From Phoronis australis (Eukaryota; Animalia; Phoronida), in contig NMRA01000037.1 in assembly GCA_002633005.1 (NCBI GenBank), forward strand, positions 310,001 through 374,000: a stretch of DNA of 64,000 nucleotides, written 5' to 3'. The notes under the pieces are model-generated. The model had not been told where the DNA came from. It was given only the letters and a program-made list of their open reading frames with translations, and did not search any database. Both the position numbers and the translations under genes were made by a program. Shown one piece after another: positions 13,601 through 25,600 of the stretch (positions are counted from its first letter, which is position 1; every line of letters starts with the position of its first letter).

Positions 13601-16600
13601 TCCTTGAGTCGCTAAGTCCTTATCATTGATAAATATCGCTTAAGAATGTATCCCCAATATCCTTCATCCAACCATTCAGAAAATCGTACAAGCAGAACAT
13701 TAATTATGACCTATATAAACTGGAAGTGAAACTAATGATATCACCAGTTTCTGTTTACATGTCCACTGACCCCATTTATGTATAAAAATGGGTGCAGCAG
13801 TGCGGAATCAAGTTCGAGATGATGAAATATCACACAGGCAAAGAGTAACATACACGTAACTGTGATCAGAGTGCAAACTGTAATTTATGCATGGCAGTAG
13901 GAATTGTTCACCCTAATTCGTTAATTAATTATGGGGGGAGCTCAAACTGAATTCATAACGACCTCTCTGTTCTTGCAAAACTACCACTTTTGTCTTCAGA
14001 CTGGAGGCATATGGAACTGCTAAAAACCCTGGTGTTCACAGCATAAAAACCAGAAGTGGGTCAGTTGAGAAAGATGGCAAGCGTAAAAAACCAGTTAGAG
14101 TTCTGTTACATCTCTGAGGTTACATTAGCAACTGGTACTGGCTTTTAGCCAAATTTATCTCACACACAGACATTAACCAGCCATAAAACAACAACAGACT
14201 TGTGGTTTGTTATGGTTTTGACAACCACTGTAAATTTTATGAATGAAGGGAAACTGAGTGGGCGATGAATGAATGAGTCATTTTCCATACATGGTAATGA
14301 TATGCTTTCTAAATTATCCAATCAAATCACGGCAACAGGGACATTCATGTATTCTTGCTCACTGCCAACTATCTGGGATGTAATCTCCACATCTCAACCT
14401 AAATCAACACTTGTATAGAATCGGATAGGAAAGTCAGCAAATTAGCGCTGAATGAAATCTTTGTCAACTTGAAATACAAAAAGAACTGCAAACAAATTTA
14501 CCAAAGACACGTTTGTGTGCTTAGCACTACATTCTCCAGCGTATGAACCTATTTGTTTCAACAAGGTTGTGATACAGTCACTCATACCCTGGAAAAAACA
14601 CAAGCGCAACAGAGCCTGCAAACTTCTGCAAAGACAGTTGAACTGCAAACCTGAATAGGGATGCACTTTGGGAATAGTCACACAGGTCATGTCAACATTT
14701 TTACACAATACAAACATACACATATTGCATAAGTTGTCTGAGCCCTTCATTTAAGAGTGGCTTGGTTTCTGAGTTCCAGCTTGCACAACCTTTTGTATTC
14801 ACTGTGCCTTACATTTTGGAAATTAGATACATGCTGTGCGGAACAACCAACATTGTGTGAGATTTACAACCCTTGAGCACTTCAGATGGTGTTGGGTTCA
14901 ATTTCTATTTAAAGTTGTAATGGAATCTAATATTTTGGGGTAAGGCTTGATTTAGTGTCCCAATCACAGAGTAAAGTCTATTGTCAGCACTCTACATATG
15001 AATCTTTCACAACCTTGACTACAAGAGGTCACAACCTATATAGTTAACCATGAAATGGTTTACTAATACAGTCAGTTGGTTTGGATGGGGACTGGCCCAG
15101 TCAACATAAAAGTTGGACGCTCATTAAAATAAATCAACGACTTTACCATCTGGTCTTAATGAGTTCTACAACGACCAAATCTAAACTCCATGACTGAGCA
15201 TGGCAACCATGTAGAGTGAACAAAATGCTTACACACCACTGAAAAAAGCAAACATGCGGTAATGCAGTAAATGCACCTTCAGCTCCTTGGCAAGAGTCCT
15301 AAAACCTGACAACTTAGTATTAGGAGGCCTACTTCTGACATAGCACTCAGCGTTACACATTATTCATTGATGCAAATTGGGAAAATTTAATCATTTTTAA
15401 TTTGTAATAGATTTAGCAGCATTTGGGACACTTTGTCAAGCAGGACTGGCAAAACAGGGTGTCCAAACAGCACACACACACAGAAGACATTGAAACAGGG
15501 TGTCCAAACAGCACCCACACAAGACATACACATTGTTGGCTTGGCCCAACTAAAATATCCAAATGACAGGATTCCGTTTCCGTTAACAAGAACAAAGAAA
15601 CCTCAAGAAAACGCTTCAGAGTTTATGGGGGTTGGCCAACCATAAAATTGTGAATTGGCAAATGGTGCTTGCAGGCCTGAGACTTGAACTGGTAACTGAA
15701 GATTGAATTCCCTCATGATAAGTGTTAAAGGAATATTGTGAGACTTGATTCAGTGAGAGTGAAAGGCCTAATGCAATTATTGTTATTAGTCGCTTAAAGA
15801 CTGCAAAATACAGCTTTAATGAATTTCTTTGTATTAACTTAATTCAAGATATGATCTGCGCTGTTTACAACCACAATGCTATTATGATTTAAGAATATTT
15901 TAATCAAGAAAAACCACACGGGAACATCACCTCATACGACATTTCGTTTACTCTGACAAAAATATTCTCAAAACGACTACACCCCAAAGGAGCAGATATT
16001 CTTCTTTTAAACAAAAGTTATACGCATATTTGACCAACAAAAACCACACGCATAAACAGTTCACAAAAGAAACTATTGATGCATCAAGGTACTATCTCAA
16101 TCGTGATGTGATGTCACACCTGGTATGAACATCAAAACTGCCGCTGCACTGAGTGACCCCTGTTTAGCTCAGCTGACTGCCCTAAATATTATTGTTGAGA
16201 ACTTACACAACTCCAACCATACAAAATATCCCTGGTGCCAAGACCAACTGCGCAATACCAAAAAATTAAACTTCAATGGAAACTATGCATTTGGACATCA
16301 CCATCTCACGACAAGAGAAAATTCAGTGAATGAAGGCAACATTTTATGTCATAAATTTTATCTTTGGCATTAGAAATCAAAACTTGTAGACATCAAATGT
16401 ACAAAATCGTGGTTTCAATGAGGCTTCCCAAACTAAGAACACCAGAAGTTATGTAGAATGCCTGGAGCTTCATTTTGAATGATCGCTTAAATTAAAATTG
16501 CGCTGACATCAATTACTCTTACCATTTCCATGACGAAGTTTTCCACACTTGACTAATTTAAAGCCAAACTTTTTAGACAGTTGAGCTAAGGTAATTCCAG

Positions 16601-19600
16601 TACGCTTGTAAAATCGTCCGTGTTCAAAGCTTAACCGCTTGTGAATCTGGCATGACGCCATCACTCTACACTTTGTCTTCGCAATATGTATCTTACATTT
16701 CCCACATTTTTCCATTACCGGCATCCTCTGACAGACCGAAATGAAATAACGAAATGACGGAATAACACACTTTCCAGTCCTGCGAATGATGCGCTGTAAA
16801 CATGGTGCCACTGTTGTCACTGTGGTCACAAAAATGCTGTTATCTTCCACTCAAGTCACTGCAGACAAGTTTCACAAACTTTTCGCAAATTTTCGTAGAA
16901 TATGTCTCCCCACAAGGGCCGCTACATTACAATCTGTGCATTACTAGAGATGGCCATTAAACACAGGACTGCAGACTGTGAACCAGTACACAGGGTTCTG
17001 GGTTAGGCAGAGAGTAACAGGTGCTGATAACCACGGCAGATTTATGAATGAACCTCAGCAGGCCCAGCCAGATAAGCTAACAAACAGACATGCAGTTTAT
17101 GAATGAACACATGCATGATAGGGTTTCAGATGTGGCCAATGAGAAACCATGTCAGAAATTGGAGGGTTTGAAACCAACTATGTCCCTCAGGAGGAGTCAA
17201 GGAATAAATTGATGAATGTGTATTCCATAGAAGGGACAAAATAAACCTATTTTTAGTTTAGCAATAACATACAATAAGGCAGAATGGGTTTGGGTTTTGC
17301 CAAATTTCTAACCAGTACGTGCATAATAAAGTCTTCTAAGAATACAAATTTCGTTATTAGCATCGCGTATCATAGGACGACGCAGGGTAAATATTTCAAT
17401 ATCTGCGGATGTGTTACTAAACCTGGATGAAAAAATACACGGATTTGGCGACTGTCTTTGTTTGAAGCTGAAGAAAGTTTCCTTTTCCAAAACATTACAT
17501 AATTTTTACAAGTTTGCAAATGTCAACGAATAAGAGGCTATAAATAAAATTATGGCATATAGAATTAGTGACACAATAAAGGAGTTACAACTTTCCTTAT
17601 TCGTTGATGACTTGTGGTCAGACTTTTGACAGATTTATGCGCCTAGTTCATGCTACGACTTACAAGTATCCTAACAAATAAACTTTCACTTAAGTTTAAT
17701 GAATATCATTAGATTTTGTGAGAAACAACTATTAATGCCCCATGAACCTTTGTAAAAACAAGTCTAATGTGATCAATAGTCAATTGTTTAAGCAACTTCA
17801 TTCATAACCTGTCAAGATTCAATAGAGCATTAGATGGCAAGAGCTGGCTATGTGTTTGGGGGAAATATTTATTGATTAAACATCAGAAAATGTGAATGAA
17901 GTATCGATTGACGTTGGCAAAGCAGCACGTGACAATGGAGTCACTTGTTAGCTTGTCGCCTGTTATGACAACTTGGCTAATACTTCTATTGATATCTGGT
18001 AGAAACAAAAACAGTTGAAATTGTGAATGAGATTAACCTGTCATTAATGGCTTTTATCCTGTATCACGCAGGTTCATCAGAGGATGTCTCAATGTAAACT
18101 AATGACTCTTTGGTAAGAGGAATTGATTTTAAAAGAGGGAATTACGAAAGGTAGGAGTTGAACAAGGTAGCGGAAACAAAGGAGAAAAATTACAATCCAG
18201 ACGGTAAAATTCAAGACAGCAAATTTAGAGTAGTTAAAATTTTCTTAATTTCAATGCCTAAAATATATGTTGTCTTATATTGGAACTATTTATCATCATG
18301 CGACAGGAGATGAATGCATCTTTACTTCTACACTAGCTATGGTAAAATCTCACCAATTTCAGACAAAAATAATTGCCAAAATTGGTCTTTTTTCATTTTT
18401 CGAATGCTTCTAATATTGTTTTGAATGTCCACAGTTGCTGGAAACATTGTCAGAAGTTAGCTATGACACAGACATTTATAATGCAATAGCAGCTATTTGG
18501 TGCTACTTATCTTTTATTAAAAAAATGAAAACATAAATTTCACCTGTCCGCCATCTTGTCTCCAAAACTGGTGAGATTTCACCGTAACTATCTCCGTATA
18601 CTGATCACCAGCAATAGGCCGGCAGTGTAAAAAACGGGAAACAGGAAAGATGGACAGCTCAAGATGACATTGATATTAAGACCTAACGAACATAATAACT
18701 TACTCTAATTTATAGGAAGGCGAATTCCGCTCGAGCAACAGCCCTTTTCCTGCTTCCCCTGTGAACACCAAATGACGGACAAACTGTCGAGTTGAAAGCT
18801 TCAACAACTGTCCAAAACTGGATTTCAGACAACAGAACTGGACAGTCACGTATCCAGTGAACTGATTGGATATTCGACCGATCTAGAAATACAGCTCTAC
18901 TGGTCCATTGAAAGTTATGGAATTAATATCGAGAATACAAACAAATTTTTTAATGAACCACATTGTCTGTTGACTTCAGTTTCATTGGGCCTCGCAACAT
19001 GAATTCGCATACGGCTAATACCAAGTGAAAACCATGGTGTTTAAAGTTTTGGGAACAGATGATCTAGAGAGATAAGAAATCTGAAGACACAAGATATAAT
19101 TTCTAATGGGACAAGTCATGACTTTCTTATCAACAAACCACAGACATGGGGTGTCAGTTTGAACTCTCACTCTTTCCTTGGCAGATTAGTCAGGTTTTTA
19201 CCACACCTAGTTCTAATTAGACCCCCAGAAGCAATTAACACATTATGGCGGCAAAATTAAACAAGAATGGGAAATCCACGTTGGTAACCATCCTCCTATT
19301 CATTTCAATCAACACTTCAGCAAACCAAGCAAATGAAGATGTACAATTGGCAAGACGCCAAGTAACAACACGGTGACAAACATTATATAGATAATTTTCT
19401 GTCCAGTGACAGCCAGTCATTCTAAGCACTTTTGCCCAGAGCATCAAATTCGACACACTCTAAATGATGTCATTCTTTCAGCCCAACCAGTAAAAGGCTT
19501 GAAGCAACAATTAAAGTAATATATTCATGGTAGATTGATCAGGGCATAATCACCTAGAACAAGTGATATTATTAAGTCCTAAACAATATTTTTTAACTGA

Positions 19601-22600
19601 TTGCAATACAATCCAAAGTACTGTTTATATTGGCTTGACTAAACCACTAAATATTAAACTAAAAATAAACTGAAGCAATCAAAAGGGCTGGCAATGAAAT
19701 CATACAGAACCAAATACCGCTAATGATGGTTTTATGGGTTATTTAGAACAATACATGCAAGTTTCAAAAAGTCTCTAACTTCACCAGATGCTTAGTAAAG
19801 CCAGTACTACTGTTAAGTACTTTTCTATTAAGACATTCAGATTTACATAAAGCAGGAAGTGAAGAAAATTAAACTGGAGAAAATTACCATTTATTCGCAT
19901 CAAACCAAGCTAGCACTGCGTGCATAGTTACAAGACAAAGAAATTATTACTAATGTAAAGAAGATTGACAAACAGCCTGTTTTCTTAACACTGTGACCAA
20001 ATCAGGAAATTGGTGCTATAAACAAAAGATTAGATTTTAAACAGTAAACAAAAGCTGGGAATTACGCAGGAGATATCCTGACTTAGGGATAGGATAAGCC
20101 TATCAATATGAGTGTCCTCTTATCATCCAAGTTGTCACCAATAAGGAACACATGAGGTGTCGCTAAACAATCAGCCCTTTGTGGATCAAGTGCCTAAGTA
20201 CAGTGAACTGAATCAAAACAAAGATGGCTGTTTGTTTAGAGTTGCCCTTGTATCCTGTTGACTGCCATGTTGATGCGCAATGCAACCGATTATAGACCTC
20301 CTAGATGATAGATGGATTGGGTCACATAAGTTGGCAGGCGGAGGGTTTTGTGAATGAACACTGTACATTGACCCTCTGTGCGATAGATGGGAAACGAAAT
20401 TAGCTTACATGCGACTATTTGTGCACTTAAAATATCAGAGGCAATGCAGAAACACATCTCATAATTCTCCATAACGGAAATGACAGACATGACTATGAAA
20501 ACAAACAAAAAGCAAAGGCAAATAGTGGTTGGATAAATGTCCTCCATCCATCACTTGTTGCAGGACACATGTGTTTAATAAAGCAACCCAATAAAAAAGC
20601 CAGCATGAAGTTAACCTTTGACCCAGGAGCTGTCAAGCATGATTCCTGGCAGGATGTTTAGTTTGGATAGAAATTGGGCATGACTTATGACTGAAGCATA
20701 AAAAGAACATGTCCTGTGAAAAACCAGGCCTTCTTCCAAGCACTTTTTGAAAATAGTAAACAAACACAAAGCCAGATGAGGACTTAGTGTGATTACATTT
20801 TGGCCTATAAAACTCTCACACTGTCCTTCAGTAAACATATTAACAAGATAGCAAAAAGGCTAAAAACTTCATTTTCGTTACAATATGACTATTGTTTTTG
20901 GAGCTGCACCCCAGGACTTGATAACAGTTCCGGCAAGCAACGAATGCTTTCATTTCTGTGAAGCGAAATTGTCCAGGAGATGGGTGTTTTTTACCCGGCA
21001 CTGTTAATTAATTAACTCAAGACATTTCAAATTACTGAAGGTCAGATTATCTTGGGGTCTTGTTCTGTTACCACGGTGACCGGTCATTACCCAAGACCAG
21101 CTTATAACCATCAAGCAGACAGAGGCTTAGACATCAAGAACAAGCCCATTTAATAAGTAGACTGGATCAAGTCCAAAAACCTTGCCACCATAAACAAGAA
21201 AAACCTGGCTGTTATGCTGAAGTCATAAACAGCTGATGCAAATGTCAAACAGAGATAGTGGATTTTAGGCATTAGGGAGTAGGTGGCTGTAACAATAAGT
21301 CATCCATGGGCTGGGGCACAAACATGATACATGCTTGTGGCTGAGAGAGTACAACAAATGCACAACCACACAGTCCAAAAACTGAAAGGTTTATCCATAT
21401 TGCAAGGCCTTTGGAATTGGATGTGTAGGGCAAATTGGATTATAACTAATGCCGCCTCCTTTCTACATGTTGTAAACAGATGTCTACCTCCAACTTGAAT
21501 GCAAGATGTGGAAATTAACTTCCAGAAGCTTTGCTTGAAACAATTGTCGCCCTCCTTTAGATCTGACAAACTACACTGGTGCAGAATGTCTTTTGGGATT
21601 ATTTCTTTGCAGTTGCTGCGGATCTCGTGTCTTTAAAACTAATTTCATTGTAAAAAACATGGCTGCCGCATCACAACATGGCTACACCAAGAAATAACCC
21701 ATTTTTTCCACGCTCTGTAGCCAAGCAACCCAATAAAAGAACATGCCTCTTACATTAAACGGAACAGGCAAAAATCAAAGCTGGAATCCGGCCATTAAAG
21801 CAGATAGTGAATAGGGCATTCTAAACAACAGGCCAACTGAATCAACTACAAATCTTTGAAAAAAAAACCTGTCTCGACTGATACTTATTGATTTTTTACA
21901 CTTCAGTCAAGAGTTTACTGAGTAGCTTTTGAGCAAAGTGGCAGATTAACATATCTTTGTATCTGCAAAGCTTAGAGTTTACAAAAAAATGTGGCAAAAT
22001 CAGTAATTTCTGTGGAAAAAGGTTTCTCAAATTTCAAAATAATACCATGAACATTGAAATTTTATTAACGTCAAAAAATAAAATGAAAGAATTTTACTTT
22101 GTGAAGGAGCAGCCATTGTACACAGCTGTTTCCATAACAATGAAGTTCTGACGATTCTTAAATATAGCGAGTAATTAAAAACAGCAATTTCGGCAATTAA
22201 TTGTTTATGTTGAAAATCAATGAAGCTTTATATAAAGACAGGAAGAAAGCATAAGTCTAAACTTACAAAAATGTCACATGTACGTAACAACATTAAATAA
22301 GTATTAGAAAGTTTTTGTAATGAAAATACTCATTTTATGACTTTTAGTAAAACAGGAGAAAACCGTTTTTTAAAATCTGGATTACATGAACTACAAACCG
22401 ATGTCACTGGCAGAAATAGGTCTTTTTGTACTGCATACTTGAGGGGGTTTGACACAATTTCAACTTATTTAACTATTTGGTGTTGCAGACTTTGTTTACT
22501 ACTAATTTTTTAACCATTTATTGGGAATTAACCATTTGACAATACAATATATTGTGGTTGCAAAAACATGACGCTGCAAAAATATGAAACAAAAACTAAT

Positions 22601-25600
22601 ATCAGTCACACCTTACACCTACATCAGTTTACAAAAAAGGTTCCAAATTTTCCCCATTTTTGTTTAAGTTTTTACAGGCTATATACTTTTGTTTACTCAT
22701 AATTTGTAAAGAAGTAGGGTCACTAAATTAGTTTTTCCGTCACAAGCGTTTAAACAATGATACCTCTGCCAAAAATGAAATTTACGCACTTGCTAAAAAA
22801 CCAGACCTAATATACCGGTTATGCTTGGAATCTATTTGAAAACGACATTAGTTTTATGTCTTAACAGCATACCTTATATTTCCCACTACACTGATTTTCT
22901 TATGTCGGCGTAACTGAAAATTTTTTCTGAATTTTGAGAACATCAAAGTCTTAAGTGTTTTGAGTTCTAGGAAAAAAGTTACACCATTGATTTTATCCTA
23001 CATTTTATTTTGATGCACATCAAGTTTTCTATGAAATAAGAAAAGCAAAAAACTAGGGGTCACCGATTTCAATTTTTAGCTATTTTAGCTCAGCAACAAA
23101 GAAGACTGCGCAATTTCACCTTCTCAAAACAGTGCCAATATTTCAAGATCATGATGAAATGCTGCATTTCATAAGATGGCCATTATGTTGGAATTGTGAA
23201 ATTAATTTAAATTATATCAACAATCTAAGATAACAAGTTCCTTCTTTAATAAATTCAAAATTGCCATTTGAAATAAGTCACTATACTTAGGTTGATTGAC
23301 TCCTGTTCATTATGACCTAATCGCAAAATCTGATACCACATGCTATTATCAAACGCCAAAATAAAAAATAACAAAATCTCAACACGAAATCAACATTTTT
23401 TAAACCAAATCATCTATTATTTGAAAATAACAAAGTCTCAACACAAAAGCAACATTTTTCAATTCAAATCATCTATTATTCAAAACAAAATATCATTTAA
23501 AGTTAGTCGATGTTGTAAAATGACTACTTAACGGCTTTCTCGGAAATACGGGAACTCCCTTAATTAAACTGGGCAAAAGCCAAACATGATGACATCTCAT
23601 TAAAATTTAGATTGGTATTATGCTCATGGTGAACACAAGCATACAAAGTCAAACATTGTTAGAGGAAATAAAGGCAGTTGTCACCAATTGCTCTCTCATT
23701 TACACAAAGAGGGTGTTCTCCAGAAAACATTTTTGAGTCACACATAAAGATTTCATACTTGTACGGCAGCAAATTTTCCACAAAAACATAGAAATGCATG
23801 GCACTGACCTACCAGACACAACAGCAGTGCAGCCACGCTATCCTCCCTGACCCCCCCCCTCCACCACATTCGTCGCCTCTCAAGGTCGCATGTTTGGTAA
23901 AATCTCACCAATTTAGTACAAGTAAATAGCGGAGAAGAAAAATTATATTTTTTCTTTTAAAGTGTAAATACGTTAGCATTAATTAAATGGTTCAATACCA
24001 TAGCTACAACCAGACAATGTTCTGAGAAAGAGCATGATTGCGAGCATTCACAAAATTAGAATAGGTCAGGAAAAAGAGACCATATTTAGTAGTTGTTTTT
24101 GTTCTAAAATGGGGAAATTTTACCGAAAAACACACACACACAAATCCCCGCCCATCTACCAAATTAAAGAGTAAAATAATTACCTGAACTGTCTTCACTG
24201 ACATCGTATAAGGACGGAACTGTTTGGCAGTCCTCATTCGAGTCCCAACTGCATGATCGACTGAAACATCTGACATCAGTGGCTGGTTCGCAGATGATCA
24301 CATGCTAGAACCAAGACTGATTTGTGAGCAGGTATGCACACACTGTTCTGAATATTTTTTTCATGAAAACATAATCACAGTATGGAATGCTTAGTTCAAG
24401 TTAATAGCTATCAGTACAATCAACAAAATGTATGCATGTCTTAGACGGTGCATGGTCAGTCGGAGATTTTAAGTTCAACAGTAACATTGCACATTATTGT
24501 TCTGGATAACAAAAATGCTGGATCACGAAAATATTTCTAAATAAATCAAAACCATGAGAATTAATGCAATTTTACCCTCTCCCAATATTTTATACTTCAT
24601 TTTGCGCAGCTGCACTACAATTTCGGAGATGCAATGACTTGCACATTTGTAGAAATTACAGCAAAATGTTTGGCTACATTCGATACTTATTTGGCCACTT
24701 AACTATGGTACCTTGGTTTTCAGTTACACTGTAAAGTGAAATTAACTTCCACTGTTTTGAAAATTAATACCCTTTTTAAATTTGTCTTCAATTATTGATT
24801 TCTAATAAATAAACATGGAGTGCTAATTATTTTCAATACAAGATCTACCGAAATGCCCCCACTGTGTGCATCGCATACAGCACAGATGCAAGGGGTGGTC
24901 ATTATTTTAAACATTCCCACAAGAGGGAGCAACATTAGCCACGCTCTGCTCAATGTGAACACTATATGCCAAACAACATGGAGATTTATCAAGGGGTTCT
25001 GGAGATAACGCAGTGGACTCTGGATGGACAGATGTTTATGACAGCATAATGTGCCCACATACATGTAAATATGCACAATTAGGTGCATAAAAACCAGAAT
25101 TTTAAACCACAATTTGTAGGCCTTAAACAAGGTGCCCAGAAGTAGTGATGTTGACCTAAATCGTTATCTGTAGAGTCGATGAATATTGTGACGCATCAGG
25201 AACTGTTGGGAAAAACCTTAGCAAATATGGCCAGATTGCCTCTAATGAAATCATCAATAAACATTAAATTGAGCTGCAAGTACCTGCTGCAGTGTCCATG
25301 AGCCATCACTTGATACCATATATGTTAAGCGCAAGTCTAACCATGCACGTTTATGAGTTACTTGTCAACTGTCTAGCGCATTTAGTCACACTAAAGTCGT
25401 ATTGACACGAGTTACCCCAGAATAACTTCCCCTAAAGCAAGTTGCCCCCGTTCAGCCAAGCGTTCACACTACACACACTACGCCATGCGACAAATATGGC
25501 GCATAAAATGATTGTTAAACACCCCTATACGTGCAACTGAGCATGTGCACTGCTTGTGATTACTTCCACTTTGTCTAAGTTGATTTGCGTCCACACGTAA

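Noticed and set aside
16509-16850. 113-aa basic ORF inside the Ets intron
   Set aside because: Non-ATG start, no domain, and it does not fit the Ets exon phases with good splice sites.
6745-18081. CTGAnGA hammerhead cores at about 6745 (+), 10957 (-), 13994 (-) and 18075 (-)
   Set aside because: None has a stem II followed directly by GAAA together with stems I and III.
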